Positions 28,052-43,817 of a stretch of DNA of 64,000 nucleotides are shown in pieces. Position 1 is the stretch's first letter. Each line of letters opens with the position of its first letter. This DNA comes from Octopus vulgaris. Lineage: Eukaryota. The notes beneath the pieces were generated by a model that saw only the letters and a program-made list of their open reading frames with translations, did not search any database and was not told the origin of the DNA. Position numbers and translations under genes: made by a program. Location: assembly GCA_951406725.2 (NCBI GenBank), contig OX597822.1:72230001-72294000 (forward strand), in the 5' to 3' direction.

Positions 28052-29981
28052 TTTTCTACTTTCATTATTTTTTCCTTTCTGTTCCCAGATTCCTCGTTCC
28101 AATGCGACTGTTTGTTTTGCATGTCACAAATACTTTGCTTCCTCCGTTAAGAAACTGAACGACAAGACAGTCTTCTATAATTATTTATGCTAATAACAAA
28201 ATACTCCGTCAAGTTTCTTCAAATAACATTTCATTCTCAGACACAGTTTTCGAATTTACGTTTCACTTGATTTTCTGAAGAATAACATTGTTTTGCAGTT
28301 GATTCGTAGAAAACAAAACAACCCGCCAAACAGACAAAAACAAACCGCTTTGTGATGTAACTCTGAATTGACACAGACACCTTTAAGTCGACTTATCAAG
28401 CATTTCAATCAGGAACAAAATGCAAAAGAGAAGCCATCTATTGCAATGTTTTGTGTAACCATTTACTGGAAATCAAGCGGAAATTGAATAAAATATATTG
28501 ACCATAATGGAAGCCAGAAATGCTTCACAGAATAAAATGATAAATTTGTAGCTGTAAAGCCAAAACAACGATATAATATATAAAAAAAAACACTCATATA
28601 TTTAAAATATGTAGAATAAAAATTAAAAAAGTATGTTGTTTGTATTTTTTGTTATATATTTATCAACCTCTGGCCAATAAGCGCCGTTAAAGAAAAAAAT
28701 ATGGTAAAAGATAATGTGCGTTGGTTTTTATATTTTGCGTTTTAATTCCAACAGTTTGTATGGAATTATATATAGTTGGAAGCAATCCAGTCCAAGGTAG
28801 ATATATCTGTGGATAAAGAATACTTGACTTTCCGGTCAGAAGTTTTTAACCAGCTTCATGATCATCATCACCACGTTCGTCGTCGTCGTCATTGTCTTCG
28901 TCGTCGTCATCATCATCATCATCGTTGTCGCCGGCCGTAGTCGCAGAAGCAGTACCAGTAACGAAAGCATTCACGGCCATACCATAATTATACGACTACT
29001 TTAGATGGCGACGATGACGATTACTGTCACCACAACAAGAGCGGTGATGACGATGGCGACGATAACGGGGAAGACGATTACACCGATGCTGATGATGACG
29101 ATGATGATCTATCATCATCATCATCGTCGTACTTGTTTATGGATTCATCGTACCCTAAATGCGCATGATGACCCATGGTACATAAAAGCACTTGGCATTA
29201 TATCATTGACAAGAATCGTCTGCTACGGCCGCCGGATATGCCAGATCACCTGATTTCACCCTACTATCGGTTCCTCGGGGGTAGATCTCCAGCAGTGCGA
29301 TAACAGCTGAATCTCGCATTAACGATATGTAGAATTTCAGTATCTAATTAAACACTGGTGTCGCAAATAGCCAGTAAGCTTATTTAAAATAATTAACAGC
29401 GGTAGAAGCAATCTTAATAAAAAAGATGTAATCATGATCTCCAACTTAATGCGGTGGTTGTGTCAGAACATAGAATACAGTGTTATTTATATTGAAAGGA
29501 TCTCTCATAAGGACTCGTCCTGAGCAGGGTGAAATAATGTGATCTACAGCAGATGATTGTCGATTGTCGTCTGTTAACGATATACAGACCAGTGCTCTTA
29601 TGCACCACGATTCGAAATTTCGCACAGTTATTTTCATACATTATGATAAACAAAACTTTTAACAAAGAAAGACTGTTGATATCAATTTCCAGTTTTAGAG
29701 GAGGGTTTATAAATGTTCGCCACGAAAGGTAAGTTATCGCGTGTACTCTGCTCGTTCGGTTTGAGTATGTAAGCACGTATATAGGTTCCATTTTGTTTTA
29801 AAAAAGCAGCGAGATCTACAAATCTTATAGTGCCGTTATCTGAATAAACACAGGCAATCACACACGCAAGCATATGCGCGCGCGCACACACACGTATATA
29901 TGTACTCACACATATATACATAAATTCACAAACACATAAATGTATGTATGTTTGTACACACACACACTCACATACACACAC

Positions 29982-30025
<44 letters not shown>

Positions 30026-30219
30026 CTACATGTGCACATACATATGAATTTATGCTTGTATATACGTAAGTATGTATGTATGTTTGTTTATCTATCTGTC
30101 TATCTATTTAACTGTCTGTCTATCTATCTATCTGACTGTCTGTCAGTCTGTCTATGTATCTACTTACCTTCCTACGTGCCTGCCTGCCTGCCTACCTACC
30201 TACCTACCTACCAACCTAC

Positions 30220-30346
<127 letters not shown>

Positions 30347-30679
30347 TCTATCTATATCTATCTATCTATTCATATATGAAAAGTTTTAAATCTAAATCTT
30401 TTATTCCTTACATTTTCTGTTTTGCTTTTCTCTCAGTGTTTCTTACTTAATTTGCTTCTTTCTTATTCTAAGAGACAATTCCATACCCACGCTTTCCCTT
30501 TCACCCATTATACACCATACCATCAGCAGAATTAAGTATTTAATAGACACTTTAAATATATAATCTTAAAATACAATCTTAAACATTTTACTTTTCACTA
30601 AAACTTTTCTGTTTTTCTTTTGCAGAATCTTTGCAATTAACAATGCTTTTCTTTTCAAGACAACTGCCACTATAAGAAC

Positions 30680-31270
30680 ACAATATTACTATTTCTGAAG
30701 AGACATAGAACATAAATAGTCCCACTTGAAGTAAATACTTACAAGTAAGTACAAACATACGAATATGGGGAAATACGTATAACAACAGTGCTAATATAAG
30801 TATATCTCTATATGTAACCGAATCTGCTAGTCTTTGTTCTTTCATCAATATTTGTACGCTCTCAAAATAGTCATACAGTACAATATTATTATTTCTGAGG
30901 AGTCGTAATAAATAAAGAGCCCCACTTAAAGCAAAAACTTAGAAGTACAAACATATTAATATGTGGAAATACTTTTAATAAGAATGGTAATATAAGTATA
31001 TCTCTGTATGTAACCGAATCTTCTTGTCCTTGTTCTCTCATCAACTTTTGTACTCTCTCAAAATAGTCAAACAATACAATATTTCTATCTCTGAAGAGAG
31101 ATAATAAATAAATAGTCTCACTTGAAGCAAATACTTAGAAGTAAGTACAAATATATTAATATATGGAAATGCTTATAACAATAATGCTAATATATGTGTA
31201 GCTCTATATGTAACCGAATCAGCTAGTCCTTGTTTTCTTATCCGCTTTGTATCCTCTCAAAATAATCAAA
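30680..31270. repeat. Tandem satellite-like repeat, about 198-bp unit x3
   Basis: Units start near 30680, 30880 and 31077 (ACAATATT...TCTGA...CCCACTT...ATGTAACCGAATC...CTCTCAAAATAGTCA). Confidence 0.85.
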
Positions 31271-31672
31271 TCTCACACTGACTTTTACACTAATCCCTCT
31301 CTGAATGAAAGAAATAGAATGTATATGGTATAAGTACGAGAGTAGTTTTTATTTTTTTCTATTGTATTACTGCCTTTCAAAGGTTCGCTCCCCTTGATTA
31401 TAAATATTATCAGGGGTGTAACTTCCAAATAATTACAAGACTCTGAATGAAAGTGCATAGCAGAATATGGTGGGTTGCATACACAGCTGCACATATTCTG
31501 TACAGCAGAAACACATGTCGGTCATTCTAACCAACTAATTATGTTGTAAGACCAACTGTTAAATTAAAAGAAACAATTGAAGATGTACAAGTCTCCGTAT
31601 TCTTCATAATTGTTTGTTGTATATATATATTTATACATACATATACATACATGCACACACACATATGCATGC

Positions 31673-31723
<51 letters not shown>

Positions 31724-31794
31724 TGTGTGTAAATATATATATATTAACACACACATACGCACGCACACACACGCATACACATAGAGAGTAAGGA

Positions 31795-32117
31795 CTCCAT
31801 TCGGTCATAAATAACCATGGGAAAGTTGCCCTCCGAGGTACAAGTCCGGATGAGGTTGTTTATGGAAGAACACCAGTCACCCATGCATACCAGCCTCCCC
31901 CTTTTCACGCCACCAATATTGTACAAGGGAAAAGGCAAAGGCTGATGCAGCTTGGCACCAGTGGCATTACAACTCATTTCTACAGCTGAGTGAACTGGTG
32001 CAACGTGAAATAAAGTGTCTTGCTCAAGAACACAACACACAGCCCAGTCCGGAAATCGAATTCACTACCTCATGATTGTGAGCCCGACGCTCTAACAACT
32101 GAACTATGCGTCTTCAC
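31795..32117 (-). mobile_element. tRNA-derived SINE family D
   Basis: Matches 47722-48050 (CAGCTGAGTGAACTGG..CAACGTGAAATAAAGTGTCTTGCTCAAGAACACAAC). Confidence 0.8.
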
Positions 32118-32976
32118 ATGTGTGTGTGTGTGTATACGCACACTCACACACACATATACATATATTCATTGTATAAACTATGAGAAAAATGCAGCTGGTT
32201 GTTTTTCGGAGATATAATATAAAAAATAGTAATGATGGCGTTAATAATGTTGAAGATGATGATGGTTATAATAAGACTAAAGTTTATATTAATGACTTCA
32301 ACAATTATGATAATAATATTCATTAATCAACTTAAGAAAATACTTGAGAAGAATAATTTTTACGATAGCATGAATATGAAAGAAGAAATATATTTGAGAG
32401 TAAAAAATGATTTATTGATTCATTGTTAAGAAATGCATTTTTTTTTCACTTTCGGTAGCAAATGTAATTGCAGATCGAGTTTATTCAGTATGAGGAGAGA
32501 ATATTTCTTTAATATAAAGTTTCATTGAAGAACACATCACTTAAATTTTATATTTCATCTTTTCATTTTTCCTTAGATATTTTTTTAACCGATCGGTTTG
32601 TTGGTTCGTGTGTTCGCTTCAGCATCTTGCCGGGACTACATTATATAATGTATATGTTTATGGAGGCATTCGGTTCTTGATTCGGTCCAACTCTTACCTA
32701 TCTATCCTGAAAGTAGCGAAGCCAATTAAATCTGCCCCAAACAGAGTAAAATAAAAGGCAAGGAAACCGAAAAAAATATATATATTTGGTTATATAAGAT
32801 TGATTCCATTCCACTTTTCTAACATTTATCCCATTTTCTGATTCTATTTTCGTTTACTTAAAAGATATTCCCATCTCAGTGTTTGCTTATAAAATATACA
32901 TACATCCATGTATACATACGCACTTACAAACACCCACCATCTATACATATGCATAGAAATTCATATAGACATGCAT

Positions 32977-33013
<37 letters not shown>

Positions 33014-33776
33014 TATATACACTATATACACATTAAAAACCTACATAGTTTTTATTCTATAGATGTAATCTCTTAATGAGCTCGAAACATTTCATGTATA
33101 TTAAATGAAATCTTACTTTAATTCACAAATATAAAATGGGAGATAAATTGATGTAGGAACCAAATTTATACACATACATACATACATACATACATACATA
33201 CATACATACATACATACATACATACATACATACATACATACATACATACATACATACATACACACACACACATACATACACACACACATACATACATATA
33301 TGTTCATACATATACATATATACGTACATGTACATATATTTTTTCTACACACATACACGCACATATATATTTATATATCCGGCACACATCTCATCTGTCA
33401 ATCTCTATAGAAAATTTTTACTGCTCGTTCCATTTTTTAAATTCCCTCTCTCATATACACATGCTCTCTGTATGTACATAAACATATATATGCACTTACC
33501 CATATATGGTGTACGCATATACATACATGCATTCATACATACATACATACATACATACATACATACATACATACATACATACATACATACATACATGCAT
33601 ACATCTATATCTATATATATATATAGTATATATTTATATATATATTCTCAAACAGAAAATGAAACTATAAATTGCTGCTTACTAATACATAGGGTTTAAT
33701 GCATATAATTATATACACATACGCATATACAAAATTATTTTATGCACATTATTTTTTAAATCTTATTTTATGCATA

Positions 33777-33972
33777 AGGCAGCCAATTAGCAGAAACGTT
33801 AGCACGCCGGGCGAAATGCTTAGCAGTATTTCGTCTGCCTTCACGTTCTGAGTTCAAATTCCGCCGAGGTCGACTTTGTCTTTCATCCTTTCGGGGTCGA
33901 GAAATTAAGTACCAGGTGCCCCCACTCTCCAAAAATTTCGGACCTTGTTCCTAGAGGAGAAAAGAATATTAT
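33777..33972 (+). mobile_element. SINE family B
   Basis: GCAGAAACGTTAGCACGCCGGGCGAAATGCTTAGC...GAGTTCAAATTCCGCCGAGGTCGACTTTG. Confidence 0.85.
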
Positions 33973-34662
33973 TTTATGCACGGTGTTACGCAAATCAGTT
34001 CATTCTTTCATTTACACTCGTTGTCTCTCTGTTTTTCTCTCCCTACCCTTCTTCCTGTACACGCGTTCACGCGAATACATATGAACGTACGAAAGTTGGG
34101 TCTTCTTTATGCATAAATATTTCTTAAATATACTCGTGGGATCCTGAGTGTTTCATTCTGTATAATTATACATTACTTCTATTGGGCTTTGTACGTTTAT
34201 ATCTGGAAGTAGTTATCCACATAAAGTACTTATTAAGAATTGACGTTTGGTAATCACGCATAATTTGGCATTTTCCCACAGTTTCACACAGCCTGTAGCT
34301 ATTCGAAGTAAGCATAACATTGTCTGAGAATTATACAGATGGTGAGAATGAAGTATATGGCAGTTAATCATTGATGTTCTGTCTTCACTAAAATCCCGCA
34401 GGAATGTGTTTTATATTTAAAATATAAACAACAAAAATTTGAAATGCAATAATCAATATATAAATATATATATATATATACATATGTATATATATATAGA
34501 CACATATATATATATACATATGTATATATATATATACACATATATATATATGTATATATATAGACACATATATATATACATATGTATATATATATATATA
34601 CACATATATATATATACATGCATACATACATATATATATATATACATATATATATCTACACA

Positions 34663-34735
<73 letters not shown>

Positions 34736-35059
34736 TATAGCTATGTATATATTTTCTTATATTCTGGAAGAGCTGCGCCTGAAAGTATGATCTTTGATTT
34801 ATCATACCTTTCCCTTCCTTTGCTTTTTTTCCTCAGCCCTTTGCTTAGACATGACACGGAACTTGCCATTTCGGAAACTAGAATAGTTCTGCCTTCTTTT
34901 TTTCAGATGGGTGATTTAATACTAATCTCTTAGAAAGTGAACTTTAAAACAACGGAATTGTTCATGACACTACAAAAAAATTTTGATGTCAGTTCTGTTC
35001 AGAAAATCAATCATACCTTTGATTCGCATGCATCATTTATACATTTTACAGACATATTC

Positions 35060-35470
35060 GCAGGAGTGGCTGTGTGGTAAGTAGCTTGCTAATCAACCAC
35101 ATGGTTCCGGGTTCAGTCCCACTACGTGGCATCTTGGGTAAGTGTCTTCTGCTATAGCCCCGGGCCGACCAATGCTTTGTGAGTGGATTTGGTAGACGGA
35201 AACTGAAAGAAGCTTGTCGTATATATATGTATATATATGTATATGTATGTGTGTGTTTGTGTGTCTGTGTTTGTCCTCCCCACAACATCGCTTGACAACC
35301 GATGCTGGTGTGTTTACGTCCCCGTAACTTAGCGGTTCGGCAAAACAGATCGATAGAATAAGTACTGGGCTTACAAAGAATAAGTCGTGGGGTCGATTTG
35401 CTCGACTAAAGGCGGTGCTCCAGCATGGCAGCAGTCAAATGACTGAAACAAGTAAAAGAGTAAAGAGAAA
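35060..35470 (+). mobile_element. Full-length SINE family A
   Basis: Pol III A-box-like TGGCTGTGTGG, B-box-like GGTTCAGTCCC, internal (TA/TG)n, tail ...ACTGAAACAAGTAAAAGAG. Confidence 0.9.
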
Positions 35471-36177
35471 AGAGAATATTCATACATAAACGTGTTAGGG
35501 AAAATAGGTAGAAGTCAAACTTTAAAGTTGTACGTATGTTCTAAAGATTATACTAGTTTATACGATCGTCATATTACAAACGTATTGAAGTCCCATGGAT
35601 TGTTAAAAAAATTTAAGCAATATGATGTGCTCAGTTAATAATTTATCAGAAGTAATATATTTGATAGCATTCCACACACACACACATACACACACAGCAA
35701 CAACAATTAAACGTGAGGTTTTTCACTGCCGATATATCAAATTTGACGCCCAGCATTTTGTCACGAATAGGACTTTATTTTAATCTTCAGGATTACTTAT
35801 GTAGAATAATTTTGATGCAAACGAGGCTTATCGACGTTAGTATCTTTAAATTTAAACGTTTCCTTATAAATATATAATATTTCAAATCCGTAGCTTGACA
35901 AGGCAAACGAAATTGATTAAAATAACACTATCATCATGGAATTAGGAAGGACGTATGCGTTAATATGTATCTATGAATGTATGCGTGCATTATAGATTTG
36001 CGCGTGCGCACACACACGTACGTACACATACACACACGCAGACATAATGTTTTATTTAGGAAAGTTAAAAAGTGACTCAAGGATCGAAAGTTTCGTACAT
36101 GGCATGTAGCAAGTTTGATAAATGCTTTACTTTTATGTATTAAGTTTTCTTTATCGCGTTTTTTCAACCAAAGATCT

Positions 36178-36722
<545 letters not shown>

Positions 36723-37489
36723 ACAACCATATACAAGGTAGATAGAGGTAAGTGTGTTTGTGTACATATATGTATATATATATTCTCACACACAAACACA
36801 CCCACACCCACATATATTTATGCATGTATCTATATGTGAGTGTGTGTGTGTGTGTATATGTGTGTGTGTGAGCATGTGTCTTGTGGGTTGCATTATATTT
36901 ACGAGTAAAGAGTGCCAGCAACATTAATTCTCTTCCGTATTAGCTGCGTAGAGTCGGAATTGATTATCGAGACTTAATTTACATTTTGTTCAGTTTCAGA
37001 TCCCTCGATAGCAATAATGGATCACTTTTATGGAACATTAAGGCCAGCGGGAATGTAAATTCTTCATAACTATAGCCATACTTAATTGAAATCTTCACCA
37101 TTTTCTGTTATATGGTATTACACTCGGATTTTATAGACTGCCTTTGTAAATTAGCACAGAGAGAAGATATCGCGCATTTGGAGTTTTCTGACATATTGTT
37201 CAGAGCCCTAAACAGTCGAAATGAATCCACTGAGGTATTGTTAATTTTGCTTCACAGTATATATCATTTGTATGCGTTCCAACAAATCCATTGTGACTTT
37301 TAGCACATCTCTAATCGACAAGCCTGGGTATAGTTACATTCTTGAAAGAGTATATAACGGTGGCATTGATAGAATATCATGGAATGAATTGCGAGTTCAT
37401 ATTCTGCCACTGACAGCTCTGTGATTTGGGACATGATCAAATTATTCAATCCTTATTATGAAGAAATGTAAATATTGACTGTGCAGTGA

Positions 37490-38115
37490 GGCGGTGAGCG
37501 GGAACAATCGTTTCGGTGCCGAGCAAAATGCTGAGTGGCATTTTGTTCGCCTTGGGTTTTAAATTCAAATTCTGCCGAGCTCGACTTTGCTTTTTTCCTC
37601 TCAGACTCGATAAAATAAGTACCTATTTCTTTACTACCCACAAGGGGCTAAACACAGAGAGGACAAACAAGGACAGACAAACGGATTAAGTCGATTATAT
37701 CGACCTCAGTGCATAACTGGTACTTATTTAATCGACCCCGAAAGGATGAAAGGCAAATTCGACCTCGGCGGAATTTGAACTCAGAACGTAACGGCAGACG
37801 AAATTCGACTACGCATTTCGCCCGGCGTGCTAACGTTTCTGCCAGCTCGCCGCCTTGATAAAATAAGGACCAGTTGAGCACTGGGGTCGATGTAATCGAA
37901 TTAACTCCTCCACTCCGAAATTTCTGGCCTTGTGTCAAAATTTGAAACCAATATTCTTTTCTACTCTAGGCACAAGGTCCGAAATTTTTGAGGAGGGAGC
38001 CAGTCGATTAGATCAATCTCAGTACGCAAATGGTACTTAATTTATCGACTCCGAAAGGAAGAAAGGCAAAGTCAACCTCGGCGGAATTTGAACTCAGAAT
38101 TTGAAACCAATATTG
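37490..38115. mobile_element. Nested or inverted SINE family B copies
   Basis: Plus copy 37490-37620 resuming near 37857, minus copy 37622-37856 inserted into it, further minus copy 37952-38100. Confidence 0.8.
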
Positions 38116-38159
38116 ATTGCAAAGTAAAAAAAAATATATAAAATGAATTACCAACTATT

Positions 38160-38800
38160 TTGTTAAGTAGCAATATTAGCTTAAAACACTGTCTCTTGCT
38201 CCAACAATCCACTTAGACGTGATTTCACCCTCCCCTTAAGCAGTCTTCGAAGTTTTCTTCAAATGTCACGAGATAGACTCTTTCACTTCAAGTAAACAAT
38301 CAGTCAAGTGGAAGAAGTGCAAACAGTGGAAAATTGGGAGACATCTACGAGCAGAAAAAGAAAAAAGGAAAATGAACTAAAATGTAAACCTCATTCCACA
38401 CCCGTCCCACCCACACCCACTCAGAACCACCCTCTCCTCGAAGACACCAAACCTACCCTTTCCCATTCGACACAGAAACAAAAAACAAACACACGGAAAG
38501 AAGTTAGAAACCTCTCCCCCAAGGCAAAAAAAAAAAAATACGGAAGAAAAAATGTAATCTGTACATGTTTCTTAGTGATGAACTATTGGATGAAACAGCA
38601 ACTTGGGACACGAATATCACAGGTGTGTAGCCCTCGATAAGAAATAAGAGGAAAATATAAAGGCATTCATGGTCGGATTTAATACTTGGGATGTGGACTG
38701 CAGTTGGAGCACTCTTCCAAGTGTTACAAAATACGAAAAGTAGTTGGAGGAGACGGGATTCACCTGTTGAAAGGATCAGGGTACAAAAGGTAGAAAATGA
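38160..38800 (-). mobile_element. Decayed CR1/L2-like LINE 3' fragment with an AT-rich insert
   Basis: RT-end-like peptide (LLFVFCNTWKSAPTAVH) and similarity in style to 18865-19240. Confidence 0.35.
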
Positions 38801-39124
38801 GGCCACTCGTAAGTGGGGCGAGTGGTTTCATTTATATTTTTCATATTCATATTGTCACGCATCATAACATACATTTTTGTTTCATTTTATATGTTTTATG
38901 TCCCACCTGTTTTTGTCTCTTCTATGTTAGCCCTTTATGGGTAATAAAGAAAGCTCAAGTAAGCAATAAGAAAATTCTCTTTTACTTCAAATTTAGCAAG
39001 GGAAGACAAAACGTACCATTAATAGACTGGAAGCTATTTAATCAAGCAAACTTATCTCTACATCTCCCGTCATTATATCAAATTTGTCCGTGTGTCCAAA
39101 TCAAATGAATTCATTCCATTATAG

Positions 39125-39670
39125 GTATAAGGCCTCAATATTTAGGGGACGGAGCTAGTAGATTATATCGATCACAGGGCTCAACTGGTCCTTAATATAT
39201 TTCAAGCCCGAAAAAATAAAAGGCAAAGTCGACCTCAGCAGGATTTGAACTCAGAATGTAAAGACAGATGAAATACCGCTAAGTAATTTGCTTGTGGCCT
39301 TCTTTTATCAAATGGATGTCTATACGAAGTAAGTTTAATTCAAATTTTCCTTTTTTAACCACTCGTCGATATTCTGTTTACCTTCAGGATCTGAATACGC
39401 CCCAGTTGTTTTAATTTCGATAATTTTCTAAGGGATGTTAAACGACACAACTAACTCAAAAGTATGAATATTAGTTTTCAAACTTTTTGGCACAAAGTAA
39501 GGAAATTCGGTGGGGGTGGGTATAGATCGAGTACATCGACCCCAGTACTCAACTGGTACTCATTTCATCGACGCCGAAAGTATGAAAGGCAAAGTCACCC
39601 TCGTTCGAACTTGAACTGAGAACGTTAAAACGGACGGAATGCCGCTAAGAAGTTTGCGTGCTAAGGTTAA
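39125..39670 (-). mobile_element. Two SINE family B copies
   Basis: AAAGGCAAAGTCGACCTC..GGATTTGAACTCAGAA cores at about 39220 and 39585. Confidence 0.75.
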
Positions 39671-39693
39671 TCGGATCAGATGTTCGAATTATG

Positions 39694-39729
<36 letters not shown>

Positions 39730-39859
39730 TGTTTGTGTGTTTGTGTGTTTGTGTGTGTGCGTATATGTATTACTGTACATTCTTTAGTAAACGAATCACA
39801 GATATATAAAGGCCTACAAATTTCACATAGCTATGCACATATATGTATACATTTACATA

Positions 39860-39936
<77 letters not shown>

Positions 39937-39952
39937 GTATATATATGTATGC

Positions 39953-40020
<68 letters not shown>

Positions 40021-40171
40021 GAATATATGTATATATATATATATGTATATATACATATATATATATGTATATGTATATATACATATATATATATATGTAT
40101 ATATACATATATATATGTATATATACATATACATGTATATATATATATAAGTATATATACATATATATATG

Positions 40172-40275
<104 letters not shown>

Positions 40276-40967
40276 CACACATATATACTTCGATGTACAA
40301 ACGCATATACTCATACATATAGCTAAACGATTATACACTTACACACACACAAACAGCAACCATTGCAGAAGACGTACTGTAGATTGGTGCTAAGTGCCTG
40401 GTTATACAGCGTTAAAACCATAATAAAAGCGTAGAGGCGATAACAAAAATAATAAAAAGCAAACAAACAAACAAAACAAAACAATAAATAATGATATAAA
40501 TACGTAAATATTTTTTACGTATTTTTATAAACACGTAAAAACAAATTCAGGTTAAAGTGAACAATTGCGGTAGATGCAATGATTGCAACATCTGAAAAGG
40601 CTAATTCTCACACAGCCTGCTCATAACCTAGCCTCCATTTTTAACGTCTACTTTTATGTGATAATTGATTCTCTCCCAACGTACCTATCTATTATAAGCG
40701 AAAGCAAGAGTTCACCCTCTCACGATGGCTGGACGTAATGGAATTGATCAGTGACTAGAATTTTGACCTGAAAAGCTGTTGTGATATGTTGTTATGTCAT
40801 TTGAATAACAGAACACATGTACTTCGTTCTATCGTTCAGGTAAATGCACGCACATATTATGCATACATGCATGCATGTATGTATGTATATATATATATAT
40901 AAATAATACATACATACGTGTATATATATATACACATACACACACACACATATATATATGCACAAAT

Positions 40968-40998
<31 letters not shown>

Positions 40999-41199
40999 AA
41001 TACATATATATATATATATATGTATGTAAGCATGTATGTATGTGTGTGCGTGCGTGGATGTAAGTATATATTTGTCTATGTATGCATAAACCGTAGGCTT
41101 TCACTGTGGAACTTTAAGAAAGGTGAATTCATTTTGTAATTTTCTTCGCATATTTGGTAGATATCTATCTATGTCTGTTTGTCTATCAATCATTAAAAA

Positions 41200-42280
41200 T
41201 GCGCATTAAATACAGGACATCACCAGCGAGTGAAAATATAGAAACACACGAGGGATAAGTACAGGAAAGAATGCCAAAGGAAGTCTAACTCCTCCTCAGT
41301 TGCCGACTGTTTATTACTTCCTATTTCAATCGCTTTGATGTCTTGTACATAATGTGTATTTTTAATGATTTATAATTGAACGCCACGCAGCCTTTGTTGA
41401 CAGTAAGTTTTTACACACACACACGCACTTAACCGTTTTAACATTTGATTTTCAAAACTGTATGGTATGTTGAGCTGTGTCGCAAATTGTAACTTTCCTA
41501 GCGGTTTTCGTAAAAATCTTATAGGAAGGATGTGGATCAGAACGCTATCAGTTAAAGTGCAAATTGATTGGTTGAAGATGGTTACGTGGTGAGGTAAAGA
41601 CAGCTTTGGTTACTTTTCAGTTACGTTCAAGTGTTAAGGTTATATGATAGCCGTGCCAAAAGGTCACGTGAAAGTTCATAGTTTAAGGCGAATTGTGTAT
41701 TACTGATGTTTTTATAGCCTCTGCATCTGTGGTTTGTGTATTTAACAAAGTTAACTTATTCATTTGTATTTGATCTGTATTATTGTCTGTACACTCATAA
41801 AGTGGGAAGACACGAAATTAGGGAGATTTGGTTTTTGCTTATATGTTCAAATGTTCACTGAGTAAGATCTGTCTAGCCCTGGGATCTCGTGTGTTGTTGA
41901 TTAATTGTTAATCTCATTCTTAAGGTAAGTGTGGTTTGTTCAATGTAATTTTCGCAGCATCCATTGTATTTGAGGGCATATATTAAATTGTTTTGAAGAA
42001 CTTGTTCAGATTAAAATTTATATGTTGTGTCTTTAACAAGGTTGTCATAATTCTTGTAATTAGAACAGCCACACTTTTTAGCAGTTGGATTTATGTACGT
42101 AGTTAGATTCGTTCTGGCAAGTGATTTTAAAGGGACGTTTATGTTTTTTTTTTGCATCTGATTATTTTGTATGATTCATAAGCCTTTTTGCTTTTACGGT
42201 CTTGGCTCAATCATAATGTGTTTTAATAGATAATGCTGAATGTTTCTTGTGTTTCTTAGGTTGTGTGTTGTATTGGCTGT
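41200..42280 (-). mobile_element. Highly decayed Penelope-like element (GIY-YIG remnant plus 3'UTR)
   Basis: Minus translation near 41850-41975 reads GCCENYIEQTTLTLRMRLTINQQH...SEHL, resembling YIGQT..LR.R...H of PLE endonucleases; the 3'UTR has a GAAAT...CTGAGGA motif at 41295-41327. Confidence 0.55.
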
Positions 42281-42285
42281 GTGCA

Positions 42286-42370
<85 letters not shown>

Positions 42371-42816
42371 CTAAGCGTGCGGTTGATAGTGAATACTAGC
42401 TACCGATGACGCGCAAATACGCAGAAATCCAGGGATCTATTAATTCCTCCGCAAATTCTGGATATTTTTCGTCTGCTAGTAATACTTTTGTGCTTTTCAG
42501 CACTATTCTTTTGTACGAGATACCTTCTAAAGATGTATACCGCAGTATTATGGCTTTCTTCTAGTGTATCCACGTTAAGTAAATTGCATACACACACACA
42601 CACACACATACACACATATACGTTTATATATAATATATGTATTATATGATTATATGTTATACAATTTTTAGTAAGGAACCAATCCGAGAAAACATTAACG
42701 TTTAGGCGTCTAAATCTTGTTAACTAATACATGCATATATATGTATCACAATCGACATTGTATATTTATTCTTTTCGTTTTATATATATATATATATACA
42801 TATATACACACACACA

Positions 42817-42878
<62 letters not shown>

Positions 42879-43001
42879 TAAAATTTCCGCTGTCCGTGGG
42901 TGAATAGTAATTTGTTTATCAGACAGCTTACAGAGTTCTAATTGTAATTGACAGCTTACCTCATTGTATTAGTGTAAACGTTCTGATCATGCCTACCCAA
43001 T

Positions 43002-43095
<94 letters not shown>

Positions 43096-43817
43096 GTAGG
43101 AATCCATTGTGAATTGAACTGGCAGCTACTACATTCTAGTCTTGGTGTTTTACTATATACCCTCTGATGAACGTCAGCCCTTACGCCATTTTTTCCTTTC
43201 ACAGTTGGCTTTTATTACTTCAGAAATACTCCGTTAAAAAATAAGGCCATCATTTATGTACCATTTAAAGCTAGTTTATCCGTCGCAAAAAATTTACTGT
43301 GACTTGAGATTGTTAAAAAAAAACATGGAAACATATGTAAATCCCAAATGAAAAGAATACACACAAAAAAAAAATTACTTAGATTTAGATTTAAAGCGAT
43401 AGCAAAACGCAAATGCATAAAATGTATTAACAAATGCATAAAATGTATTAACGCAACTCACGAACCAGCGGGATGTCAGTTTGATGACAATAGGGCTTCG
43501 ATTTTCCTTTCATTGACTTTCAGATTAGATTTGTATCTCAGCTCGAAACACTCCATTTATAAAACGTACAAGCATGATGAGTGATAAATCTTAGTTTACT
43601 CATCACTAAAAAGATATTAAATATGAATTTTATTAAATACGATTTCTTAGACATGAATGTTCTAAACCCAGCAAGATAACGGATCGACCTTACAGCTGTT
43701 AGATTTTACTTTCTTCAAAATTGTATAAACTTAGATCGGTACTTAGGGACTGCTGTTCTATTGAAATGCAACGTCAATATTATACATACCTACATACATA
43801 TGCACAGTATGTATATA

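Noticed and set aside
32612-32632. Minus-strand GGCAAGATGCTG similar to the miR-31 5' end
   Set aside because: The match covers only 12 nt and no precursor hairpin is evident
43162-43178. CTCTGATGAACGTCAG hammerhead-like string
   Set aside because: Stem II and GAAA are absent; at best a deleted relic that cannot fold
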